DNA from: Pelomyxa schiedti
Taxonomy: Eukaryota; Protista; Evosea
Assembly: GCA_020536535.1 (NCBI GenBank)
Contig: JAHLWZ010000557.1
Coordinates: forward strand, 1 to 38,778
DNA length: 38,778 bases
Reading direction: 5' to 3'
Position 1 is the stretch's first letter. Every line of letters starts with the position of its first letter. Shown here one piece after another: positions 1 through 14,964 of this stretch. Below the pieces are notes generated by a model. It was given only the letters and a program-made list of their open reading frames with translations, had not been told where the DNA came from and did not search any database. The position numbers were made by a program, and so were the translations under genes.

Positions 1-40
1 CTAGCGGTTGCCTCTTCTCATCCCGTTTTCTTTTCCTAAC

Positions 41-145
41 AAAACAAAACAAAACAAAACAAAACAAAACAAAACAAAACAAAACAAAACAAAACAAAAC
101 AAAACAAAACAAAACAAAACAAAACAAAACAAAACAAAACAAAAC
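41..145. repeat. (AAAAC)n pentanucleotide microsatellite, 21 perfect units
   Basis: Read directly from the sequence. It explains the spurious NKTKQ-repeat ORF 8..229. Confidence 0.97.
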
Positions 146-347
146 AGTCTGGGCAGCACATTGTTGCATGTGCTACATATGATTATGTTGTTTTGGCGAT
201 GTCGTTGTATGGACTGCCAGGTCCTCTAGTGTGCCTGTGCAAGTCCATTTGCAACAACCTCCACACACTACTTTGAGTTACTTGTAAAGAAATACATACA
301 ACACCCCACTATTTTTTTCATTTCCTTCATCTCCAAATCATTTCCAA

Positions 348-1649
348 TCACGAGAGAGACACAACATTGGAGATTGCCAGTGATCTTGTTCTGATCCCAC
401 CACAAGGGTGCATGCGCATTCTCACAACAACAAAGTTGGAGTGATGAACGTGAGTGACAGTCACCTCGTTGTGTGGTGGTGATGATGATGATGGTGACTC
501 TGTGAAGATGAACCCTGACGATGCAAACACACGGTCGTGCATTGATCTGTGTGGAACAACGTAAAGTGGGCCCTGTTCTGTGTTGTTACAGTCCCATATC
601 TCGTGCTTGCTCTCGTTGGCAAACGTGACACAGAACAGCGACGAGTTCACGAGTGACAGATGATTCTCATTTGGCATGTTGAGCACCAACTTCCTCTGCA
701 ATCCGGAGGACTCCTCTGGTTGTATGTTGACACAATGAGTCGGGGAGTCCAGGAAAGGAAAAGACTCCGAGAGGAACACATTCCTTCCATCATTCCTTGT
801 CAGCAGATAGGCCACCCTGCAGGAGAGAGGAGTTGAGCTCAGAACGGTGTATGACCAGCTGTTGTATGTCTGAGCCACATCGACCAGTTCAGCCACCATG
901 CGGAATGTTCCCAATCTACTGATCACTATCGCAATATCAGGGTTTATACCGCTGAACCCCGCATGGATAACTCGGCGCCTGTTCTCGAAGGGCTGGAGGA
1001 GAACCTCAACACGGGAGCCATACCTCCACATCAACTGAGGATGCCAGCCATCCCTCAGGCCGAAAATGATCATCCTGAGGCCGGACGTCATCACCAACCA
1101 CTTCCCGTTCACGTCGCGGTGCCTTTCCTCCCACTGGTCGCCGGCAACATACAAGTGCCTGTCATCGCCGGTGACACTGTCGTGCACGTAGTACCTCTCC
1201 GCCATCCCGCCGTCGACGTCAGGCTCCGCAGGTGCACGCCTCAGGCAGTGCGTCCAGTCGATCCACCGCTCATTACACCCCTTCCACAGTCCCGAATGAT
1301 GGGAGGAGGAGTGCTCAATCCTGACATCCATGACACTCAGCAGCAGAGGTGACACTGCAATCAGCACTGCGAACTCTTGCTCGTCATCATCGTCGGAGAC
1401 TTTGTCCTCGTGTGGGTCGCCAAACATACTGTCGATGGTGGTTTCGTGGAACTCGGCGGAATGTGTGTCGTCGAGTGTAACGGCGAATCTGGTCACACAC
1501 TCACAGATGAACTCCCACACAAGCCTCATCGCCTTCACAATTGGTTGTTGATGATTTGGGGCTTTTCCTGTCCGGCTCCCGCAGTGATTATGGGAGGACA
1601 CCAACAGCGCCAGGAACTGCTCACGTGCGTCGCAGTACGTGAGCCCCAA
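348..1649 (-). CDS. Multicopy DAR[SE]QF-family protein, copy 1; no ATG upstream of the DAREQF motif, so possibly the 3' exon of the gene starting at 2987
   Basis: Uninterrupted 433-codon ORF with N-terminal LTYCDAREQFLALL..SHNHCG. Its C-terminal ~105 aa (LVLNMPNENHLSLVNSSLFCVTF...VVSLS) is nearly identical to three other copies. The listed start is TTG. Confidence 0.75.
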   Translation of the reverse strand: MGLTYCDAREQFLALLVSSHNHCGSRTGKAPNHQQPIVKAMRLVWEFICECVTRFAVTLDDTHSAEFHETTIDSMFGDPHEDKVSDDDDEQEFAVLIAVSPLLLSVMDVRIEHSSSHHSGLWKGCNERWIDWTHCLRRAPAEPDVDGGMAERYYVHDSVTGDDRHLYVAGDQWEERHRDVNGKWLVMTSGLRMIIFGLRDGWHPQLMWRYGSRVEVLLQPFENRRRVIHAGFSGINPDIAIVISRLGTFRMVAELVDVAQTYNSWSYTVLSSTPLSCRVAYLLTRNDGRNVFLSESFPFLDSPTHCVNIQPEESSGLQRKLVLNMPNENHLSLVNSSLFCVTFANESKHEIWDCNNTEQGPLYVVPHRSMHDRVFASSGFIFTESPSSSSPPHNEVTVTHVHHSNFVVVRMRMHPCGGIRTRSLAISNVVSLS

Positions 1650-1706
1650 CGACGTCGTTCCCCCTCTCCCCGACCCACAATCCGTTCTTTTTTTTTTTTT
1701 TAGTGC

Positions 1707-2987
1707 TCAAAATTCCTCTTCCTGGAACTGTGCTGTTGGTGGGATGGTGAGAGACACTGTAAGTGTTGCCAGAGCCTTCCCTGTAATGGCATCACAAATT
1801 AAAGCAGCCAGCTTCTGTTGATGTTGCTGAAGAGTACCTTGAGGGTCTGTGTTTTGTACAGGAATTCCGGCAGCGTAAATGGCACTGGAGGTGGAAAGAG
1901 CTCCAACCGCAGGCCACCTGGTGCGTTCATATCTGCACAAGGCCTGTGTCAGGTTGGAACCATGATAAGTTTCACACATTGCATGTTGTTGCGTGAGTGT
2001 GCCATCCCACCACAAGGCAGTGATGTGTATTGGATGAATTAAGAAGAGCTGCAGGTTTGGGAACTTCTCGGCCGGGAACAGTTGCTGCAGTTGGCCTGAA
2101 TTAGTGTTGTACACTTGGCGGTCACTGCTAATCAGATGATCCCTGTGAAGGGTGAGGATTGTGGCTGGTGAGGTCCAAAGCAAGTCCAAGGGGTTTGAGT
2201 AGGGGATAAAAACACTCTCCCTGGCCTTTACAGTAGCCCCCGCTTCAAGACTCCTCTCAAGGTCAACAAAATAAACCACTGCAGGGTGCTGCAGCTGATG
2301 CTTGTCATCACCCTCACTGCGGTTATAGCCAACAAGAACAAGTTCATCAGTGGAAGGGTCAAACTGAGAAAACCTTGCAGTAACAACACCAATTGGAAAA
2401 GTGAGTGTCACCACACTAACCCCCTGGTTCGCCGCAGGGATCCAATTGGTCATCCTCCACACGATAAGGTTCTTCACCGGGCCATACACATCAGCCACCA
2501 CAAGCCACTTTCTGTTGCTCACCCAGGTAACAGGTACGTCGTTCGGTTCCTGGAAATTCAGAGAAGCTACAACATTCCCCCTGCTGTCAACGATCCCTGA
2601 ACCGCAAGTATACGATGTAACCAAGAACCTGTCATCGCCTGTTGTGCCCCTTATAGAGGCTCCACCCAACAGCAGTTCACTATCAGCGAGGCATTTGCAC
2701 CACCCCACACCAAGTGTTGGACTGACACCAATGAACACATGGGCCTTCACTGTGGCCTTGTGCAGTGCAGCCATTTGGGAACCACTCAAAGTGAATATCA
2801 CTGTGGTTGCTAACTGCCTGCAGCAGCAGACGACCCAGTCGCGGCCGAACGACTCGCACAGCTCGCGATTGTGGGACAACAACTTGGCGGGGCTAGCGGC
2901 GCCGCACCTCTCGAGCCACGAACTCGCGAAGGCGACAAACTGCGATCGTGCGTCGATGCGTGCCACAATACTAGTAGCCGTTTGCAT
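1707..2987 (-). CDS. Divergent DAR[SE]QF-family protein (MQTATSIVARIDARSQF...), beta-strand-rich, function unknown
   Basis: ATG at 2987 in AAAATG context. It shares DARSQF...RCG..SPA with the other copies, and NRKWLVV is comparable to their NGKWLV. About 426 codons are open. The ORF-track extension to 3356 is an alternative frame of the neighbouring copy. Confidence 0.75.
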   Translation of the reverse strand: MQTATSIVARIDARSQFVAFASSWLERCGAASPAKLLSHNRELCESFGRDWVVCCCRQLATTVIFTLSGSQMAALHKATVKAHVFIGVSPTLGVGWCKCLADSELLLGGASIRGTTGDDRFLVTSYTCGSGIVDSRGNVVASLNFQEPNDVPVTWVSNRKWLVVADVYGPVKNLIVWRMTNWIPAANQGVSVVTLTFPIGVVTARFSQFDPSTDELVLVGYNRSEGDDKHQLQHPAVVYFVDLERSLEAGATVKARESVFIPYSNPLDLLWTSPATILTLHRDHLISSDRQVYNTNSGQLQQLFPAEKFPNLQLFLIHPIHITALWWDGTLTQQHAMCETYHGSNLTQALCRYERTRWPAVGALSTSSAIYAAGIPVQNTDPQGTLQQHQQKLAALICDAITGKALATLTVSLTIPPTAQFQEEEF

Positions 2988-3106
2988 TTTAATGAGGAGG
3001 ATAGTACACTGGTGGGGGCAAGCCAAATGAGAAAAAGAAAATTTTCGTTTATGATTGATTATTAAGAGTGTAAGTCCTGGCTCCTTGGTTCCTCTGTAAT
3101 CCAGTC

Positions 3107-3913
3107 TCACGAGAGAGACACAACACTGGAGATTGCCAGTGATCTCGTTCTGATCCCACCACGGGAGTGCATGCGCATTCTCACAACAACAAAGTTGGAG
3201 TGATGAACGTGAGTGACAGTCACCTCGTTGTGTGGTGGTGATGATGATGATGGTGACTCTGTGAAGATGAACCCTGACGATGCAAACACACGGTCGTGGA
3301 TTGATCTGTGTGGCACAACGTAAAGCGGACCCTGTTCTGTGTTGTTGCAGTCCCATATCTCATGCTTGCTCTCGTTCGCAAACGTGACACAGAACAGTGA
3401 AGAGTTCACGAGTGACAAATTATTCTCATTTGCCATGTTGAACACCAACTTCTTGGGCTTTGACTTCTCAGAAGCACCCTCCTGTTGCATGTTGACAAAG
3501 TGAAGTTTGGACGCCCCGGCCTGTGTCATAACAGACTCTGAGAGGAACACATTCCTTCCATCGCTCCTTGTCAGAGTAAGCAGACATATAACTCCCCAGG
3601 AGAAATAAGTGGAGCTCAAAACAGTATACGACCAGCTGTTGTATGTCTGAGCTACATCAACCAATTCAACCACAGAGTCGAATGTTCCCCACGCACTTAC
3701 CACTGTAACGATATCGGGGTTGATCCTGCTGAATCCCACACTAGTAACATAGCGCCTGTCACTCCGAGGTTTGACGCACACCTCAACACGGAAACCATAT
3801 TTCCACATGGACTCAGTATGGCAATCATCCTCCAGATAGAAAGCAATCATCCTTAAGCCGCAAATCCTCACCAACCACTTGCCGTTCACATCCCACAAAC
3901 CGTCGCCCCAATT
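3107..3913 (-). CDS. DAR[SE]QF-family copy 3, 5' end truncated by the assembly gap
   Basis: Manual alignment of 3061-3913 to 36811-37663 gives 28 mismatches in 853 nt and no indels. The frame is open up to the N-run. Confidence 0.8.
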   Translation of the reverse strand, partial: NWGDGLWDVNGKWLVRICGLRMIAFYLEDDCHTESMWKYGFRVEVCVKPRSDRRYVTSVGFSRINPDIVTVVSAWGTFDSVVELVDVAQTYNSWSYTVLSSTYFSWGVICLLTLTRSDGRNVFLSESVMTQAGASKLHFVNMQQEGASEKSKPKKLVFNMANENNLSLVNSSLFCVTFANESKHEIWDCNNTEQGPLYVVPHRSIHDRVFASSGFIFTESPSSSSPPHNEVTVTHVHHSNFVVVRMRMHSRGGIRTRSLAISSVVSLS

Positions 3914-4013
3914 NNNNNNNNNNNNNNNNNNNNNNNNNNNNNNNNNNNNNNNNNNNNNNNNNNNNNNNNNNNNNNNNNNNNNNNNNNNNNNNNNNNNNNN
4001 NNNNNNNNNNNNN
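3914..4013. other. Scaffold gap (100 N)
   Basis: Run of exactly 100 n, the usual placeholder for a gap of unknown size. Confidence 0.99.
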
Positions 4014-5153
4014 CTCTTCTGTGTTATTCCCACTCCCAGGTACAATAGTAAAATCTCCGTTTTTAGAACTGCCACTGTTGGGGATGGGTAAAAAGGAGAC
4101 CCCTTGTTGTGAACCAGGCAACAGGGTACCATTCACATTCACTCCAATCTCCCGGTCTGGAAGTTGTGCGAAATTTGCCGCGCTGCCACCGACTCCATGG
4201 TCACCGGATTCATCATCTCCATCACTGTCGTCACTCTCACCACTCTCGCCAAAAGGGTCAAAAGCTGTTTGTTGCTGTGAACTTGCACCTTTCATTGGGG
4301 GAGATGACGTGGACATAGCGACAGAGGGCCGAATAGTGTTCGCCGACGATGGTGATGACACAGATGCGGAGTTCGAGGAATTGTTGTTGTTGTTGGCGGC
4401 GGTGGTGGTATTTCTGTCTCTCTGTGGGGGTGATGGGCCGTGTGATTGACTCCTGGATCGTAAAAAGCTATTCCTGCCAAACGCCGGAGTTCCCGCCGAC
4501 CCTGGCGACGTCTGGGGAGCCAAAGGCCTCGTCGGCGAAACCGAGAACGGGCGCCCGTTTCCGTTTCCGTTCCCGTTCCCGTTTCCGTTCGCCATCATCG
4601 CCTGGTCATCGCCGCCACTCACGCTCATCATCGCAGATGCAGACGCAGACGTAGACGACGAGGCAGACTGCATCAGCAGGTCACCCACGCTCGCGCCGCC
4701 GCCGGCGCCGCCGCCCGCGTCGTCGCAGTCATCGTCGCCGTCGTCGAAGATGTCGTCGTGTATCGTGCCCCCCGAGCTCGCGCCCCCGGTACCCATAATC
4801 GCGTCGTCGGTGGGCGTCCCGCCCCCGGTGCTGTCCCCGCCTCCTCCTCCTCCCAAGTACCCGCCCTGGTCCGCCGAAGCCGTGGCCCCGGGCGCCGTCG
4901 TCGACGACGACGAGAGCATGGCTTCGGCGGCCTGCTGCTGCTGCTGGGCTTTCTTGCCTCTGCCCCTGCCTCTGCCGCGGCCGCCGCGAGACCCACGGCC
5001 CCCGCGGGACCCCCGGCCGCGGGCGGGGCGCCCCGTGGGCGTCGTGGCGCCGGTGCCCGAGGCCGCGACGGCGCCCCCTGGGGACGTGTCCTTGGCTGCA
5101 CGGGAGCGAGATCGGCCGCGGCCGCGCGTGGGCGTTCCGGTGGCTGATGCCAT
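4014..5153 (-). CDS. Low-complexity disordered protein with RG/RGG-rich N-terminus; 3' part lost in the gap
   Basis: ATG at 5153 after an A-tract. Contains PTRGRGRSRSR, RGSRGGRGSRGGRGRGRGRGKK, polyQ, polyG, acidic patches and (NG)n. The exon is very GC-rich. Confidence 0.65.
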
Positions 5154-5329
5154 TTTTTTGTCGTCGTGCGGCGTGTGTTGCTGTTGGTGTTGTCGCAGCC
5201 CCGCTGTTGTGGTGATGGTAACCTTTTGGAAAATGAACTTGACGGCCAATTTGAAACTTCTTGGTTTCGCCGCAGGAGACTTGCTTTTTCTCTTCCAGAA
5301 ATGAAAACTGGGAAGAAAAAGCACCCACA

Positions 5330-6658
5330 ATGATGGGGACGGGGGCTTCCGCCAGTGAATGGAGGCCGAAGTGGGTGATAAATCTCGTGTTGAAAGGATG
5401 AATCTATAGTTTCGAAATCAGTTATCCCTGTATGAACACCCTGATTATGGAAGCTATCGCTGAGAAACTCTTTATTTTTCCTCTTCACCAGCTGATGGTT
5501 TCTTCCTAGTTGTAGGAAGATACTCACAGAGGAGACAAAAAGGGGTGCCAAAATAAGTTATTTTACATTCCTTCCTACACAGTTTACACAAGGGAGTACG
5601 GAAAGCACTCTGAGGGGAACAGTGAGACGAAAGTGAGGGCTTCCACCATGTCCGAGGGGAAGAACTGGTTCGAAATCTCCAGGTCCTGTGGTGTCTGGTG
5701 CACAGGAATGTTGTCACAGCATGGAGAAACAGGTGGCGGTATGTTGGCCACTGGGGAGCTGTATGCCGGAATAGGGAACGTGGTAGGATACACGGGAGGT
5801 TGTACTTGAGGTTGGCCGTACACGCCTGGTGGATATACACCCAGCGGACTGCTTTCTGCCAAGTTTTCAGCTTGTTGATCATGTAGTGGATTATCCTGAG
5901 GGCTTTCTTGAGTTTGTTGGGGTTCCGTTTGGGTCTCAGATGGAACTTGTTGGACGACCTGACCCTCGGTGCCCTCTGGGAATCCCTCAAAAGCTTGGAT
6001 AGCGGGTATTTGCGGAGATTGTTGCGAAGCCGGTAAGGAGGTACTCACATGCGGACAAGGAATAGACGGGCCGTTACGTGAGCCCTTGACACAAATACTA
6101 CAGTGGCAAGTACACTGGGGAGTTGGTGACTTCATAGAATTCTTAGTTACAGGTTCTGTGACTAGACTTCGATCAGAACCAATAATTTATAATAATACTG
6201 GGAGAAAGATACCAAGTACGTAGGGAGTAAAAATCCACCCTTGTTCAGTCCTCACAAGAATCCGCAACTGCAGATTCCCATCAAACACAGTCTTGTCGTT
6301 ACGCTTCGTAATATTTACGAAGCATAACTGTACGCCGGCTTGTCCTTGGACTGTGTCTACTTTCACTTAAGTTGAAGAAATGAAGAATGATAAATATACC
6401 AGACATTTCCAAGAAAGTACCCTTCTGGAGGGCGAGCTGCGGAACACCAGGGTTTTGGACAGACCGAAAAATGAGTGTCTTCATCTGTCCACCCTCGGGC
6501 ATGTAATATGTGGAGAAAGTTTTTTCTTGAAATGCATGTTCCAACTCAATGCCACACGCCGCCAGGATGTTGTCGGGGATCCATAGATACTTCTCCCAGT
6601 TGGCTTGAATTTTGGGCTTCAGTGTCGTGTTGAAGCGGAGGCAGCGGAGCCTCTCCAT
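5330..6658 (-). CDS. Hypothetical spliced protein: globular N-terminal domain plus P/Q-rich region; 3' end uncertain
   Basis: ORFs 6299..6658 and 5584..6135 can be joined by short GT-AG introns. No family recognised. Confidence 0.45.
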
Positions 6659-7476
6659 TTGTTTTGTGACACTTAACTTTCGGTAGCTTCTCCTGCTACG
6701 TGTCCTGAAAGGGGAAAAAAAAAAAAGGAATTAAAAAAAAAAAAAACGTTTCGGTGGGGGAAAAAGGAAAGGAAACCTGACGCGTCTTGGCTTCGTTGTT
6801 GGAACCGACATATTCGGTTGTCGTTGTTTTGTTTTGTTTGTTTGTTGTTTCTATTGTTTTTATTTGTTGTTTTTTGTTGTTTTTCTCTTGCCCTTAAAAG
6901 CCCTCGTCGTTCCTCCTTCGGAAAACGCCTGTTTACCGTTAACGCCCCAAACTATTAATGGGTGCCCCAGTTCCCCAGGAGTGACTATGACTGACCATGT
7001 GTCCCCTTTTGTCCCATACCACCACAACCACAACCCAGAGTGATTTTTGTGTTTTTTTATGTGGTTTTGCCTTCAAGCCAAGCCAGTCCTTTGAGGGGAT
7101 AAAAATAACTCGCTTGTAGATGCTCTCGTGGTTGTCCGCTTCGACCAACTCCTGTTTCGCCGAAAAATCGTGTGATGTTTTGCCTAAAAAGAAAGGTACA
7201 ACAAACCTCATCATCATCAACGGTTTTTCTCGGGACATGCCAAATTGCGAGTGCCAACTGGCGGGAGGGGACGCTGGTTGTGGCGTGAAATGTCAAGTCT
7301 CGTGTGCTGTTTGTTCACTTCCCCTGGGCGAAACTTCTATTATGGTTGCATGCCGAATTTTTTTTTTTTGTTGTTGCTGTTGCTGTTGTTTTGTCAACGT
7401 GGAAAACCGTCTTGGTTAAGTCACGCATTTTGGTATGTGAATGACTAATTGTGGGTAGAGAGGGCCCAGGAAGTTC

Positions 7477-9949
7477 ATGGTTAAAGTTCCTGAGTTGTTG
7501 AACAAGATGGAAACTCTCTTTCAGGTTTCTCAAAACTAATTGGACAATTGATTTACTGAATTACCTTTCATTCAGACTTTCTCTATAACTGCAATCGATG
7601 ACTTCAAAACTAAAAAGACTCAACTTCACCAAGAAATTTCAGTTCTCTATAACGAGTACCACTTCTTTTTGTGCCAAGAAGCTTGCAATTTTAATTTTTT
7701 TTTCTTTTTTCACAGGTCTTTTTCGGAAATAGATACCGTTATTAAAGAGCATGAAAAAATCCATGAAAAGGCTCAGCATAGAAAGGCAGTTTTCGATGAA
7801 TTACTCGCCACAGGTTAAGACACCACCTCGTCTTCTGCACATTTGTGTTTCTTATTTGAATTGGTTTTTACCCTTACCTTCGAAAGAGGTGTCATACCTC
7901 ACGGACTTGAGACTGATTGATGAAGTTATCCACCCAGAAGTGGCTAAAAGTGCCATACTTTCGCCTCAGGAAATTGAACAAATGTTTGCTGGCATCAAAC
8001 AGCTCATTATTTTAGCCACGGGGGTGACACAGGAACTTTATATGCAAAAAGAAATGTCGCAGGACGAGCAACGAGTCTCTAAAGTTTTCCGTGATAAACT
8101 ACCTTTTTTCAAGCTCTACATCGGTTGGAATTATCCCTTATATTCTTGCTTAACCAACCTTTTCCAGAATTTTGTGTAAATCAGATCAGTTCCAGGGTTA
8201 TCCTGGCTGATGCCAAAAAAACCTCAAAGTATCAGGAACTCACAGATGTGCGTCGCTATACTACTCATTTTAGATTCCCATAACCAAAGTAAGTATAGAA
8301 GTTATCTGCAAATCCTGTTCTTAGGCGACTGGATCTCTCTGGGTTCATGATCAAACCCACACAAAGATTGACGAAGTATCCTCTACTGCTAAAGGATCTC
8401 CTTGGATCTACACCACCTAGTTTTTATACCACCGCTTCTTTCATGTGCCTGACGTAAATCTTAGCACATCCAGATTACACTGCTTTAGAATCGCTTCTAA
8501 AAGATTTAACAAAGGTACCACTCGATTTGAGAGTGAGAAAATTTCATATTTTAAACTGCAGATTGTTCAAGAAGTGAATAGAAAGACTGCCGAAAGAGAA
8601 ACAATTCTTGTTCTGTCACAATTACAACCGACCCTCACTTGGAGACAACAAGTAGGCCAACAACTTGTTCTTAATTTGATTTTTCCAAAAGAGATATGAT
8701 CTCGTTGCTTCTAATATCCGGCTTATACACTACAACAAAATGGATCTTTTCGTTGTCTTTAAGGATTCAGAAACTACAGAAGGCAGTTCAGTACAAGGGA
8801 ACTGGATATACCTCTTTGACTCGATTGTTCTTGCAGTGTGCAAGAAAGGCAATAATAACCAAGAAATTTGCCATTTCAGCACAAAAGGAATGTCATTTCA
8901 AGAAACAGACAATGGTTTGCAACATCTCAAACCTACACTATTTTCTGATGAACCTTTAAGGAAATATTCGAATATCAAGTACCCAATGCAAGGAGGAAAT
9001 AACCATAACACCTAGAGATGCTCAAGACAGGAGATTGTGGCTTACAAATTTCCAAGATGCCCAAATTGCTAGCGAGTCCGCCGTACCCCCTAAGCCTGTT
9101 GAAATTCCAGAACGTAGAGAAGAAGAAAAGGAAAAAGAACCTGACAAAGAAAGAGATCGCAGTAAAGATAGAGAACTTCTAACAGGGAGTGCAAGTGGGA
9201 GTGGAGGGAGTGGTGGTGGAGGTGGTAGCATCAGTGGGAGCAGTGAAAGTGATTTAAGCACGGTTTCCTCGGCATCCTCATCTACACTTTCCTCATCTTC
9301 ACCCATGGTAAGAAAGGGGACTCTGCAAAGGATGTTTGGCACCCTGAAGCACAGTAGAAAACTTTCCGAATCCTCAAACCCACTTCACCGCAGCGCAACG
9401 GCACCACAACTGGGCCCACCATCCATACCACCTCCCATCATTCCTTTCAGTGTAACCCCTCCTCTTCCGCAACCCCCCACAACCAGCCCGCCTCCAATTA
9501 TAGCACAGCCTCCTTCAACCCAGCCACCACCTCTTATCCTGGAGCCTCCCAGCACCCCTCCGCCATCGGATCCATCACCCGGTACCCCGTTACCTCCACA
9601 GCATTCACCACTCATTCAGGTGCAGACTGACATACCTCCACCACAAGAACCTCTTCCCCTAGATATTTCCCCACCTCCCATTTTACCACCACCACCATCA
9701 ACACCCACAACAACAAAACCAGTAGAACCAGTAACACAACAACAGCAAATTGAACCCCCACCACTGTCAGACAACATCCAGGCACCAATAACACCACCTC
9801 CACAAGAAACAATCACCACAACACCAACAGAAGCTTTGGCCGATTCCGATTCCACCATTCCACCAACAATTCCACTTCCACTTGACAGCAAAGGTAAAAA
9901 ACGGCCTCAACTTGTCCACACAAATGCCAAACGTAAAATATCTGAATAA
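7477..9949 (+). CDS. Dbl-family RhoGEF (DH-PH) with long proline-rich C-terminal tail; further 5' exons possible
   Basis: Spliced motifs HRKAVFDELLATEVSYLTDL, FFKLY, LDLSGFMIKPTQRLTKYPLLLKDLL, HPDY and VQEVN mark the DH domain. WIYLFDSIVL...DRRLWLTNF marks the PH domain. The last exon is rich in PxxP. Confidence 0.92.
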
Positions 9950-10043
9950 ACAAGACTGTGATTGTGATCATAAAAGCAAGAAGAATGTTTCTTTTAGAAA
10001 TTTGGTGTTCACAGGTTTGTTGTGATTTGTGGGCCATGTTTCC

Positions 10044-14684
<4,641 letters not shown>

Positions 14685-14964
14685 ATCCCACGTACCGGCC
14701 GGAAACGAGACACCACCGCCTTTTATTTTTCTCGTCTGGATCTATGATCAGGGATCTTGAACAAAGGCCGAATGAACGCCTTAGGGGAATTGATTACAAA
14801 AACGCCAAGAAGCTGATTTTTTCCTGCCTTTTTGTTTTATTGGCAAGCGACACTGTTCCCCTGCACGTTCGAAATCAAGACATCAATTAAAACAAACAAC
14901 ACAAATAAAAACAAATAACAAGATCTCGCCTGCTGTAAGTGACACTGTTGAACTCGTCCCCTAA

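Noticed and set aside
41-145. Telomeric repeat or CRISPR array
   Set aside because: Internal, flanked by unique sequence, not a G-run telomere unit, and has no spacers.
8-229. 73-aa ORF with NKTKQ repeats
   Set aside because: Translation of the (AAAAC)n microsatellite from a TTG start.
348-3913. Transposon, LTR element or diversity-generating retroelement
   Set aside because: No reverse transcriptase, transposase or integrase motifs, no terminal inverted repeats or target-site duplication found, and the differences are not adenine-specific.
3107-5330. ORFs 3107..4132, 3825..5330 and 3879..4091 as single proteins
   Set aside because: They read through the 100-N gap and join unrelated contig ends.
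4673-5551. Several overlapping long ORFs on both strands
   Set aside because: Expected from stop-codon scarcity in GC-rich sequence.
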